A stretch of 64,000 nucleotides of DNA. It comes from Geosiphon pyriformis uo1 (Eukaryota > Fungi > Glomeromycota). Of this stretch, positions 26,731 through 40,500 are shown piece by piece (position 1 is the first letter of the stretch; every line of letters starts with the position of its first letter). The notes under the pieces were generated by a model. It saw nothing but the letters and a program-made list of their open reading frames with translations. It made no database searches and had not been told where the DNA came from. The position numbers were made by a program, and so were the translations under genes. The stretch covers positions 222,940 to 286,939 of the forward strand of contig JAAOMT010000620.1 of NCBI GenBank assembly GCA_016748015.1, read 5' to 3'.

Positions 26731-29700
26731 TAAAATAGATATACTAGTTAATATGGCAGAGAAAGAAATTGTTAACAAGAGAGAAATTATCTCCATCCAT
26801 CAACCAATTTCCATTCTACCATATGACCAGTACATAGTAGTCATAGAAAAAAAAGTAAAAGATCAGACACAAATTTTTGAAGCAGAAGCAACACTTTGTG
26901 AATCAAGAAAGATTGGATTAGTTAATCTATACATACCAGCCAAAAACCACAGCCACATCAAAATCCCCATTTACAACAATATAAAAGATATTATCGAGAT
27001 ACCAGAAGAAACCACTATTGGATACTTGACCACAGAAATTGAAAACCAATTCTCAGACACCATTTCAGACTTTCTACAACTGTGTGAATATGTAAATATC
27101 ACATCTCAAACCATATATGAATGAGAAGAATGTTATTTGCTCCAATTAGAACAATTGGAACAAATAAACATGAGAAACTTAGATCCATTACAATATATGC
27201 AGCTCAAAATATTGTTCAACAATTTCAATGACATCTTTGCCAGCAAAAACGAATTTGGCAGAACTAATATCATCTAACATCAAATTAAGACTGGAAATGC
27301 AATGCCAATTAAACAGAAAACATACAGAGTACCACCAGCTAGCCATGAGATCATTTGTCAAGAAATTAATTGGATGCTTAACAATGGGTTAATTCAACTA
27401 TCAATGAGTCCATGGTCATTATCAGTGGTGCTAGTCCATAAGAAAAATGGAAAAATCTACTTTTGTGTGGATTACTGGAAACTGAATAGAGTAACAAAAG
27501 AAGACAGCTACCCAACTCCAAAAATCCAAGAACTTTTTGATGCTTTTGGAGAAAAGAAATGGTTTTTAACATTAGACTTAAACAGTAGTTACTGACAAGT
27601 AGCCATGAAACTAGAAGATAAAGAGAAAATGGCTTTTACAACATAAGAAGGGAATTTCAAATTTGAAGTTATGCCATTTGAATTAATGAATGCTCCAGCC
27701 ACTTTCCAGCAACTTATGGAAATTGTTTATACTGAGCTACTATGAAAATCCATAGTTGTATACTTGGATAACACCAATGTGTTCTCAAAAACATTCAATA
27801 ATCATATGCACCATTTTCAACAAGTGTTTAAAAGACTAAAAAGAGCCAGATTAAAGCTAAATGCAAACAAATGTTTCTTTGGAAAAACCAAACTCAAGTT
27901 TTTAGAACATGTGGTAAGCAAAGATGATATCAAAATGGATCCAGACAAGATAGAGATTGTTAAGAACTTTCTAGTACCAAATAATCTTACAAAATTAAAA
28001 GCATTCTTGGAATTTGTGAGATACTACCACTGTTTTATTAAGAACTTTTCCAAAATAACTCAACCACTATACCAACTCCAAACAAAGAACACCAAATATG
28101 AATGGACAGAAATCTAGCAAGAAGCTTTTGATACATTAAGAAAAAAACTTATTCAAGCTCCAGTACTAATCTATCCAGATTATAGCAAGCCATTTATAAT
28201 CACAACTGATATATCTGGTCAAGCATTGGGAGCAGTATTATTTCAGAAAAGACTGAATGGATAAGAGCATCCAGTAGCTTATGCCAATAGAAGCTTAAGT
28301 TCAATAGAAAAGAACTATGGAACCCCAGCACTAGAACACTTAGATATCTATTGGGCTGTTATCAAGTGGAAAGAATACTTGAGTCAAAAGTTTGATGTAT
28401 ACACTAATCACAAAGGATTGATTTTAATCCAGAAACAGGAATTTGGAGACAACCACTATGCCAAATGGAAAATAGAACTTTTACTGTTTAATTATACAGT
28501 ACATTACAAAAAGGGAAAAGAAAACAGAAATGTCGATGGTCTATCATGAATGAGACAAATCTAAAAACATTTTAACCCAAAAATATAACAAAAGATAAAT
28601 ATACAAAAATACCAACAATTACAATATTATATAAATACCCAATTGTTCAAGGAGAAATTATCTCAAAAAGAACAAAGAAACATAAAACAACAATTAAAAT
28701 ATTTTGCCAACCACCAAAATATACTTTACTGAAAGAACAGAAGAAATCCAGATCAACCAACCAGAGTAATCACAGAACCAGAAAAAGAGACAATATTATT
28801 CAACATGTACTCAGATCCAACAGCAGGACATTTTTATAAAGAAGCAACCATGAAAAGAACCAAAAAAAAATATTATTGGCCATCAATGTATCCAGACATC
28901 ATCTGATATGTTCAAAATTATAATGCTTGTTAGAGAAAAAAAGGAACAAGACCCAGTGAATCATTAAGACCAATCAAAGTGGAACAACCATTCAATCATA
29001 TTGAGATTGACTTAGTTAGACCATTAACAATTACCAGTAAAGGCAACACATATATTGCAGTAGCCATAGACTATCTTACAAAATGGCCAGAAGCAAAAGC
29101 CATTCAAAGAGCAGATGCAGAATTCATTGCCAGATTCATTCATTAAGATTTGATATGTTAACACAGATGTCTAAAAGAAATATTATCAGATTAAGGAACT
29201 CACTTTGTGAATAGAACATTGACAGAATTAAGTCAAAGATTTGGAATAAAAAGATCATTATCATCATCATACCATTCACAAACAAATGGGTTAGTTAAAA
29301 GATTTAACAGAACATTGTGTGAAACAATTGCCAAGATCAATCAAGAAAACCAGGACAAATAAAATTTGTTTATACTATCAGTATTATTTGCTTATTGGAC
29401 AATAAAGCAAGACACTACACAAACAACACTATTTGAATTAGTATATGGTAAAACAGCAACATTACCAGTAGAAATAGAAGTCAATACTTATCCAACAGAA
29501 CCAATAACTGAAGATAATTTGCAGAAAATGTTGCTAAAAAGAACATATAACTTAATGAAAACACTAGAAAACAAACAGCAAAGAGCAGCTGATAACATTC
29601 AAAAATCACAGAAAATACAAAAAGAAAAACATGATAACCAACTACCAGATAAACCAGTTGAATTCAAAATTGAGGACAAAGTACATCTATATCATACTAA

Positions 29701-31167
29701 AGTAGAAAAACAATGAAGTGGAAAATTTGACTCCAAATGGGACGGACTATTTCACATAAAAAAAATTCTTAGAAATGGAGCTTATAAATTAAGATGGGAC
29801 AACAAAATCTTAGCCAAAGCAGTACATGGTAATTGACTGAAACCATATTACCATATAGTGTCACCATCCACCAGTAATATTCTACAATTAGGAGTACAGA
29901 GAATACTAGTCCAATCAGATGAGATTCTATGAGATTTAGAACCAATCATAATTATTGAACCAAACACATAAAATTGAACAATAAAAAGAGTATATAAAGT
30001 CATGGTAGATGTGACAAAAGACTTCAGAAAAATGGAAATCACTGACAATATCCACTTACTAGCACAACAACTTTTCCAACTAATTCAACAACAAAATATA
30101 GAAATTACTATTAATTAACAAACTATCTAATACTGAGATACCAGAAAAATACCCAAATACAAAAGTCAAAGAAAAACAGAAAACACTATTGACAAAATAG
30201 TTCTAAAAATAAAATTAGCAATAGAAGAACCAACAAATGTTATCATATATCAAGAGTTAATCAAAAAAACTTAGAAATAGTGAATACACAAATTTCCAAG
30301 AAACTTTTGCTATTTCTACTTGGGACAATACTTGAATATTCAAAACTTATACACGGATAAAACAAAATAATTATTTGACACAACAATATTGCAACAACTG
30401 GAACAATTTGTGGAAAAGAACAATTTGACTACACAAGCAAAAGTCATCTATCGGCTACATATGGGATTCCAAAACAGACCAGAAATTTTACTTAATTCGG
30501 AAATGAACTCTATTACAGTTAACCAATTGGGAAAAATAACCAACACCTAATTTGAAGAATTACAGAACAAGATAACCCAAGTAATTTTCGAAAAAGAAGT
30601 TCAAGAGATACTCAATGACAGAGAGTTAGAGTTAAGAGATTTGGAAGATCTCAACAGAGCTCAATATTAAAAAGGAGAGAATAATGTTACTCATAAAACA
30701 TAGGGAGTATATTAGCATATAAATTAGCCAATTAGAAGTAGCCATAGTAGATGTGGAATTCCAAGATTTCTCTCAAGAGAAATTGCAGGATTCCAGGAAT
30801 TTCAGGATTCTTATTGTTACAGATAACTATTTCTGGTGTTGGATTAAATAATAAAACTCAAATCTAGTTGCAGTTGATAGTGATCTGAAAGTTTGTGTCT
30901 AAAGGGTTTGTATCCAAAGGATTTGGTTGAATTCTTTGTATAATGGACAGAGATTCAATGATAATAGTTTTATCCATAGCTTTCCGAAACCATAGTTTCG
31001 TCAATTTTTTTCTCAGCTTGATGGCTGGTATTCCTCCTGGTAAGCTATTCTCAATTAAGTGTTCTACTCTTATTTCTGGGTCTTTTACCAGTTACGTTTA
31101 TTTTGACATCAATACCCCATGTATTAATTCTCAATAGAGTTAGTAAACAACAATAAAATCAAAGCAA

Positions 31168-32018
31168 TGTTACTCATAGAATATAGGAAATATAGTATTA
31201 TTAGTCAGTAGATATTAGCCAATCAGATGTAGATGTAATAAATGTGGAATTTTAAGATTCCTCTTAAAGGAATTGCAGAATTCCAGGAATTTCAGGATTC
31301 TTCGACAAGGAATTACAGGATTTCAGAATTCCAAGATTCCTCTCATCAGGAATCACAGAATTCTAGGAATTCCAGGATTCCTGTCACAAGGAATTGAGGA
31401 ATTAAAGAATCTCAGATATGTATATATAGCAGTAGCATTAGAAGCAGAAAAGACAAAATCGACACTAAGAATTCTTAGCTTAGTTACCACAATCCTCAAA
31501 TAAATAATTATTCACTATATCAAATTTACTTTTCACTATCAACACTTTATGTTGATAGTAATTGATACTTAACTACACTGGAACAATAGCTTTTGATTAC
31601 AGCTATTGATGGGATACTAACTTGCAAATTGCCTTGGCTTATTTTCTTATATTTCTTTATTTTCTTTATGTTCTTTGATTTCACTATCATGCACTAACCA
31701 ATTGATTCAAAGCACTGATTACTGATATCAAGAATTGTCTGGTAAAAGACCCTTGCGAGTGGGTAAGACACATACAGAAAATACAGATTACTTACCAGAG
31801 GATTGCCAGCCACCAAGCCAAGAAAAAAATTGACAAACTTGCAAATCTGAGAAGTTATGAATAAACAACTATTGAATCTCTGTTCATTATACAAAGGACT
31901 CATTTAGAAAACTTTCAGATACCAACTACTTAAAAATATTATCCACAATGCAAATAGCTTTGAGCACCGAATTACGGGTTTAATATTCACTCAACACTCC
32001 AAAGAAACACTTGTAACA
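31168..32018 (+). mobile_element. Solo LTR (family A subtype) inserted antisense into the A2 3' LTR
   Basis: TGTTAC...GTAACA, 851 bp, perfect GCAA TSD, no internal region. Confidence 0.9.
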
Positions 32019-35000
32019 GCAAGAAATAAAGAAAAGAAAAGAAAATAAAGAAAGAAAAGAAATAAGCCAAGGCGATTTGCAAGTTAGTATTTCATCAATA
32101 GCTGTGATCAAGAGCTATTGTTCTAGTGTGGTTAAGTATCAATTACTATCAACATGAAGTGTTGATAGTGGCAGTGGGTTTGAGATAACAAACAGTTATT
32201 TATTTGTGGTTTGGAAAGTTGTCTAGATGAAATCTAAACTGAGAGATCTGTTTTTTTAGCTTCTAATCCTACTGCTATATATACATAATTGAGATTCCTC
32301 AATTCCTTAATTCTTCACAACAGGAATCTTGTGATTCCTTGTGAGAATCCTGTAATTCCTGGAATCCTGCAATTCCTGAAAAAAATTCTGGAATTCCACA
32401 TTTTACTATGTTTACTTTTGATTGGCTAATAACTATGCTAATATATATTCCCTATATTTCTATGAGTAATATTATTCTCTTCTTTTAATATTGAGCTCCA
32501 TCGAAATCTAACTCTGTTAATTCCCCTTTTTGAAGTATTTTCTGAATTTTATTTTCGAGAATTACTTGTGTTATTTGAGTCTGTAATTCTTTAAATTGAG
32601 TGTTGGTAATCTTTCCTAATTAATTACTGGTAACTATATCCATTGCTTTGTTGAGTAAGATTTCTGGTCGATCCTGAAATACTGTGTGTATTCAGTATAT
32701 GGCTTGGGCTTGTGTGGATAAGTTGTTTTTTCCCACAAAATGTTCTAATTGTTGTAGTATTCTGGTGTCGAATAATTGCTTTGTTTTATCCATATATAGA
32801 TTCTGGATATTTATGTGTTGTCCCAAGTAAAAATAACAATAGTTTCTTGAAAATTGTTGTATCCACCAATTTCAAGTTTTTTTAGTCAACTCTTGGTATA
32901 GTGACTTTTTTGTTGATTCTTTTATTGCTAATTTTACTTTCACAATAATTTTGTCAATGGTATTTTCTGTTTTCTTCTGTGTTTTATGTGGTGATGTCTT
33001 TTTAGTGTTTTGATATTGAATGGTTTGTTGATTAATTGTAATTTCCATCTCTTGGTGTTGAATCAATTAAAAGAGTTGTTGTGTTAGTAAGTGAATATTG
33101 TCTGTAATTTCCATTTTTCTGATATTTCTTGTTGCATCTATCATGTTTTTATACATTCTTTTGATAAATTAATTTAACGTGTTGTTGTCAATAATGATGA
33201 TTGGTCCCAGATCTTGTGGAATCTTCTCTGGTTGGACTAATATCTTCTGTACTCCTAATTGTAGAATATTACTGATGGATGGTAGTGCGATATTGTAGTA
33301 TGGTTTTAGTCGATCTCCATGTGCTGCTTTGGTTAAAATTTTGTTATCCAGTCTTAATTTGTAAGCTTTATTTCCTAGAATTTCTTCTATGTGAAATAGT
33401 CCATCCCATTTGGGGTCAAATTTTCTACTCCATTGTTTTTCTGCTTTGGTACGATATAAGAGTACTTTGTCTCCAATCTTGAATTCAACTGGTTTGTCTA
33501 GTAGTTGATTATTATGTCTTTTTTTCTGTTTCTCTTGTGACTTTTGTATGTTATCAGCTGCTCTTCTTTATTTGTTTTCCAATATTTCTATTAAGTCATA
33601 TGTTCTTTTTAACAATGTTTCTTGGAAATTCTCTTCTGTTATTGGTTCAATTGGATATGTGTTAACCTCTATTTTAACTGGTAATGTTGCTGTTCTACTG
33701 TATATCAATTCAAATAGTGTTGCTTGCATGGTGTCTTGCTTCATTGTCCGATAAGCAAATAATACTGATGATATGAACAAATCCCATTCGTCCTGGTTTT
33801 TTTGGCTGAGTTTTGCTATTGCTTCACACAATGTTCTATTAAATCTTTCATCCATTGATTTGTGGATGGTATGGTGATGATAGTGGTCTCTTAATTCCGA
33901 ATCTTTGGCTTAGTTTTGCTAATGTTCTATTCACAAAATGGGTTCCTTGGTCTGATAATAGTTCTTTTGGACATCCATGTCGACAAATCAGATCTTGATG
34001 GACGAATTTGGCAATGGATTCTGCATCTGCTCTTTGAATTGCTTTGGCTTCTGGCCATTAGTAAGATAGTCCATGGCTACTGCAATATATCTATTGCCTC
34101 TGCTGGTAATTGTCAATGATCCGACTAAATCGATTCCAATGCAGTCAAATGGTTGTTCTACTTTAATTGGTCTCAATGGTTTGCTGAGTCTTGTTCCTTC
34201 TCTTCTTTGACAAGCATCACAATTTTGCACATATTAGATGATATCTGGATATATTGATGGCCAATAGTATCTCTTTCTGGTTCTTTCCATGATTGCTTCT
34301 TTATGAAAATGTCCTGCAGTTAGATCTGAGTGCATGTTAAATAGTATTGTCTCTTTTTCTGGTTCTGTAATTACTCTGGTTGGTTGATCTGAATCTTTTC
34401 TATTTTTCCAATAAAGTATATTTTGGTGAGTAATAAAATATTTGGATTGTTGTTTGATCCTCTTTTGTTCCAGTTGAGATAATTTCTCCTTGAACTGTTA
34501 AGTATCTATATAATGTTGAAATTGTTAATATTTTTGTGTGTTCATCTTTTGTTATATTTTCATGAGTATTGTTTTGGTTTTGTTATATTTTTGGGTTGAA
34601 ATGTTCTTAGATTTGTGTTATTTGCGACAAACCGTCAGCATTTCTATTGTTTTTTTCCTTTTTATAATGTATGGTATAAGTATATGATGCAAGTGCCATT
34701 TTCTATCTTGACTGTCTTCTGTCTCCAAATTCTTGTTTTTGAAGTGATGTTAATCCTTTGTGATCTGTGTACACCTCAAACTTTTGGCTCAAGTATTCTT
34801 TCCATTTCATAACTGCCCAATAGATTGCTAAATGTTCTAATTCTGGTGTTCCATAGTTCTTTTCAGCTGGTGTTAAACCTCAGCTGGCATATGTGACTGG
34901 ATGTTCTCTTCTATCTGGTCTTCTCTGAGATAGTACTGCTTCCAATGCTTGATCTGATGCATCAGTGGTGATAATGAATGGTTTACTATAATCTGAATAG

Positions 35001-36599
35001 ATCAATACTAAAGCTTGAATAAGTTTTCTTCTTAAGATGTCAAATGCTTCTTGCTGGGTTTCAGTCTATTCATACTTTGCATTTTTGGTTTGAAGATTAT
35101 TGAGTGGTTGTGTTATTTTTGAAAAGTTTTTTATGAAGTGTCTATAATAGCTCGTGAATCCCAAGAATGATTTCAGCTCAGTTATGTTGGTTGGTATTGG
35201 AAAGTTTTTTACTATCTTTATTTTCTCTGGATCTGTTTTTATGGCATCTTTGCTAACTATGTGTCCCAAGAATTTCAGTTCTGTTTTGCCAAAAAAACAC
35301 TTTGTTGCATTCAATTTTAATCCTGCTTATCGTAGTCTTTCGAACACTTGTTGGAGATAATGTAGATGATCATCAAATGTTTTTGAGAACACATTGGTGT
35401 TATCCAAGTATACAACTACTGATTTCCACAATAAGTCAGTATACACAATTTTTATTAGTTATTAGAATGTAGCTGGAGCATTGGTTAAGCCAAATAGCAT
35501 AACTTCAAACTCAAAGTTTCTCTCTTTTGTAGTGAACACCATTTTTTTTTTGTCAACTGGATCCATGGCTACTTGTCAGCACCTACTATCCAAGTCTAAT
35601 GTTGAGAACCATTTGTTTCTACCAAAAGCATCAAATAGTTTTTGTATCCATAGAGTTGGATAGCTGTTTCCATGAGTTATACTATTGAGTTTCCTGTAGT
35701 CTACACAAAATCGGATTTTTCCATTCTTCTTATGGATGAGTACTACTGGTGATAACCATGGGCTCATTGATGGCTGAATTAACCCGTTGTTAAGCATTCA
35801 GTTGATCTCTTGACGGATGATTTCATGGCTGGCTGGTGGTACTTTATATGCTTGCTGTTTGATTGGCATTGCATCTCCAGTCTTGATCTGATACTGAATA
35901 ATATCAGTTCTGCCAAATTTGTTTTCACTGGTAAAGATGTTGTTACTGGAGGTTTTTGGTCTCTTTTCTGTAATGTTGTTGATACTTATTTGCTGTGAAT
36001 TCATGTTTTCTGAATGTGGTTGAATCTCCAGTAACTGAATTTTTAACTTCAAATTATCTCCTATAATTTGAACTTGCTGAGCTTATGAGTGCAATGGCCA
36101 ATTCTGTGCCAGTTGTTTTATGTAGTTACGTTGTAGTAAATGTCAACTCTTTCCCAGGAATTGCTCGTCTAGAAGCTCACTAAAAATGTGTAGTTACTTT
36201 GCTGTGAAAGTCAACTCTTCTACAGGAATCTCGTCTGTAGGCTACCCTGATGATTGTAATAAGAAAAAAAAAGGAAAATAAAAGAAATGTAAAAGAAATA
36301 GAATTTTGCCAAAAGAAACGTTTTCTATCCAGGCTTGGAGTCACTAACAGTTTACTGAAATTGGTAGCTAATCAATTTCGAAATGTTAGTTGGGTTTTTG
36401 GGAGTTTTTTTAAGTATAATAATTAAAGAATTTGGTTTTTTGAATTTATTTGATATTTATTTCTTTTTGTGTGTATAGAAACAGTTTTTTTTTTTAAGAG
36501 ATAAATCTAAAGTAAGATACATTTTCTCGAAGAGAGAAGCTCTTCTTTTATACAACTTGTCGTAACACTATTCTATAAACTTGAACTTTGCTATTTTCT

Positions 36600-36716
36600 A
36601 TAATTTTGCTGAACTAAAGATACATTTCGGCAAACTATAAGTTATTTCTGCAAACTATTAGATATTTCGGTGAACTATCAATTATTTCGGTGAATTTCTA
36701 TAAATTTCGGCAAACT
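36600..36716 (-). repeat. U3 tandem array of TTTCGGCGAACT-type units (family C LTR)
   Basis: Five to six copies about 20 bp apart; repeated at 45325-45440. Confidence 0.75.
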
Positions 36717-36901
36717 TTTGAATGTTACATAGTTTGGGGTATTGCATGATTGATCATTGCAATTAGGTTACATTTGTGTTGTGTACAATTTGGGTTATTA
36801 ATTAAATGATAATTTCAGACATTCTTTGCTAATGTAATAAGTGATAATTTGAAATAATAATATATGCTAATTAATGATAGGAATTATGAGATAATTTTAT
36901 G

Positions 36902-37579
36902 CTAAATGATATCTCTAATTTTGTCTGGTAACATAACTTCCTCCTCAAGACTAAGCTCCATCGAAGTCCAAGTACTGTCTGTTATTTCCAGATAATAATC
37001 CAAAATTATTGAAGAAATTTGGTCTGAAAATTGTTGAAATTTCAGTTCTGTAAGCTTTCCAATGTATTGAATCTTCAAAGGTTGAAAAATTGGGTTTTGT
37101 AATATGTTTTCACAGGTGTGGAATAGGTCATAAAGTCTAAGAGCAGCTCTAAGTCTGTAGCGACTGTTTGTTGATCCAGCTGTTGTCTTGAATTCATTGT
37201 GGAGTTGTTTTTGAATAGTTTTTTTTGTGAGGTTTGCTGTTGTAAGTTCCAGTTTCCGTTCATAGAGTGTTTTTCCAATGTGAAAATATCTATAGATTGG
37301 AGGATATTCAGTGTTTTCCTCATTGAGACACAGTTGAAGTTTTTGTTGAATTGTAGCATTTGGTGGAATACTAATCGGAGTGAGCATTAGGTTTTCTCTT
37401 AAAGCAAGCTTTAAAAGTTCTGGCAGGTGAATTCCAGTGTAACTTCTTTTGTTCTTCTTATACGGTTGATATTTTCGTGAATTTGGGGCTAACTTTGTAA
37501 CTACTTCTGTTTGGGTATAATTAATGTGGTTTCCAGTAACAGTAATGGATAATTTGGGTATTGTTTTTAAAGCTAACAT
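36902..37579 (-). CDS. Intact ORF3 of element C (225 aa), unknown function
   Basis: Uninterrupted ORF between IN and the 3' LTR; homologous motifs YFxxG...AxRxYxL...IGKxTxxxF occur in ORF3 of families A and B, weakly in D. Confidence 0.75.
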   Translation of the reverse strand: MLALKTIPKLSITVTGNHINYTQTEVVTKLAPNSRKYQPYKKNKRSYTGIHLPELLKLALRENLMLTPISIPPNATIQQKLQLCLNEENTEYPPIYRYFHIGKTLYERKLELTTANLTKKTIQKQLHNEFKTTAGSTNSRYRLRAALRLYDLFHTCENILQNPIFQPLKIQYIGKLTELKFQQFSDQISSIILDYYLEITDSTWTSMELSLEEEVMLPDKIRDII

Positions 37580-40500
37580 TAGTTTTTGTGATAATTGTTG
37601 AATGTTTTAAGGAATAGTCATTATAAGCAATTGAAAAACTAAAAATTATTTTTGGTGTATGGGTTTTTATGTTATTTTTGTTTTGTTTTTTGTAAGATTG
37701 TTTTCTAAATTATAAGAGAATAACTAGTAAAATTAAATTAAGTGCTTAGGTTGGAAGGTTGTTCAATAACAACTATTGGTTCTAAGTTTCAGAGAATATC
37801 TTCGGGACTGACCAAAGAGGAATGTGTACTAATTTGTGAAATTAATGGTTCAGAATTGTTTCTGGAATGATAGTGTTTCAAACGATCTCCATGTGCAACT
37901 TTTGCTAGGATTTTGTCATCAAGTCTTAACTTGTATGATCTATTGCCTAGGACTTCATGGATAAAGAATGGTCCATCCCATTTATTTTCAAATTTTCCAC
38001 TCCATTGTTTTTCAGCTTTAGTTCTGTGTAAGAGAACTTTGTTTCCAATTTTGAATTTATTGGTGACTGAAGGCAATTTGTCATCATGCCATTCTTTTTG
38101 TTGAGCTTGGGAGTGTTCAATATGGGTGGCTGCTATTCATTGTTTTCCTTCTAATGTGCTAAGCAGAGTGTAGGCTTTTCGCTGAAGCGTTTCTTGGAAA
38201 TTGTTTTCATCGATCGGTTGTTTCCACTGTGAAACTAATTGGTAACGTTGCCGTCCTTCCATAAGTTAAATCAAATGGTGTGTGTTTCGTGGTATCTTGT
38301 TTTAATGTCCTATATGCTAGTAACACTGATGGAATAAAGAGATCTCATTTTTGCTTAAAATTGGTTGAGACTTTGGCTAATGATTCACACAATGTTCTGT
38401 TAAAACATTCCACAAGTCTGTTTGTTTGTGGATGGTAAGGCGAAGACAGAGGTCTTTTGACATTGAATTGTTCACAAATTTCTTGTATCAAATTGTTCAC
38501 AAAGTGTGTTCACTGATCGGATAAAAGTTCAATTGGACATCTATGTCTACAAATGATGTCTTTGTAGATGAAATTTGCTACTGATTTTGCATCTGCTCGT
38601 TGAATGGCTCTGGCTTCAGGCCATTTAGTAAGATAGTCTACAGCTACTGCAATATAATGGTTTCCTTGAGTGGTGATAGATAGTGGTCCGATTAAATCGA
38701 TACCAACTCTGTCAAAAGGCTGTCTAACTTTGATTGGATTTAAAGGTTCTGTAGGGCGAGTTCCTCCTCTTCTTTGACAACTATCACAAGATTCGACATA
38801 TTTATGAATGTCTTTTCTCATTCAAGGCCAAAAGTAGTATTCTAGTGTTCTTTGGGTGGTGCTATCTTTTCCGAAGTGTGCTGATGAAGGATCTGAGTGC
38901 ATATTGTATAAAATGGTCTCTTTTTCCTGTTTTTGTATTAATTTGAGTGGTTTGGTTGGGTTTTTGAAATTTCAATGATAGATAATGTTGTTGTGTAGAA
39001 AATATTGTTTGGCTTGTTGTTGTAACTGATGTTTTTTGTCTGGGAACCAATCTGTTGGGATTGTTAATGTCTCCAAATATTGTTTGAGATTGTTGTAGTT
39101 TTCGGGGTTCATTGTTTGTTGTTTTGATACTGTTAATTCAAATGGGTGTTGGTTTTGTTTTCTAATCTTGCCTCATTCTTGAAAGACAATCAACATTGGT
39201 GTGGAGTTTTCCTGGTTTGTGGTGTATAATGTATCGGTAATTAGCTAAAAATTCTGTCCATCAGGTTTGTTTTGCGTTCAGCTGGGTGTTTTTGTTTTGA
39301 AGCCATTTAAGTCCAATATTATCAGTGATAATATCAAATTCTTTGGGTCTGAGGTAAAAGTTGAAGTTATGTAGGGCCCAGATTACTGCTGCAGTTTCTA
39401 ATTCTGTTGCAGGGTAGTTCTTTTCAGCTGGCTTTAATGTTCTACTAGCATAAGCAATTACTCGCTCATTTCCATTGTCATCTAACTGTGATAAGATGGC
39501 ACCAAAGGCAGTATAAGAGGCGTCAGTTGCTAACCAGAATTGGTTGCTGAAATCTGGATAGGCGAGGATTGGAGCTGTTGTGAGTTTTTCCTTAAGTATC
39601 TCAAAGACATTTTGGTGTTCTTCTGTCTATTTGTATTTGACATTTTTAGTAGTGAGCTGGTTGAAGGGTTTTGCAATTTCTGAGAATCCCTTGATGAATT
39701 TTTGGTAATAGGATGCTAATCCAATAAATCCTCTTAATTCTGTGGTATTTCGTGGAGTCTTAAAGTTCTTAACAGTACTGATTTTTCCGGGGTCTGGTTT
39801 AATTCCATCTTTGCTAACAATGTGACCAAGAAAAGCTAAACTTGTTTTTCCAAAGTAGCATTTTTCAATGTTCAGTTTCAATCCTGCTTTCCGTAATTGT
39901 TGAAAAACTTCTCACAGGTGAATTAAATGTAGCTCAAAAGATGGTGAATAAACATCAGTGTCATCAAGATAAACTACTACTGATTTCCAAAGAAGGCCTT
40001 TGTAAACAACATCCATGAGTCTTTGGAATGTTGCTGGTGCATTGCATAATCCAAAAGACATTACATTGAACTCGTAATTTTCTCCTTGAGTGGTGAATGC
40101 TGTTTTGGGGCAGTCTTTGGGATCCATAGCAACTTGCCAGTATCCACTCTCTAAATCTAATGTTGAAAAGTATTTGGACTTTCTAAGGGTATCCAACATG
40201 TCATCAATTCGGAGAAGAGGGTAGACATCCCCAATGGTAACACTATTGAGTTGTCGGTAATCAACACAAAATCGTATCTTTTCATTTTTCTTTTTAACTA
40301 GAACCACAGGTGAGGCCCATGGGCTCATTGATGGTTGAATAAGCCCATTGTTAAGCATCCGTTGTACTTCTTCTCGAATAAATTGGTGACTTTCTGGGGC
40401 AACTTGGTAAGCTTGTTGTCACCTTGGTTTGGCATCTTCTGTATAGATTTGGTGTTGAACCAAATCAGTTCTTCCTAAGTCATTGTTGTTTTTGGCAAAG

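Noticed and set aside
36902-37579. Calling ORF3 an envelope gene
   Set aside because: No signal peptide or transmembrane segment visible.
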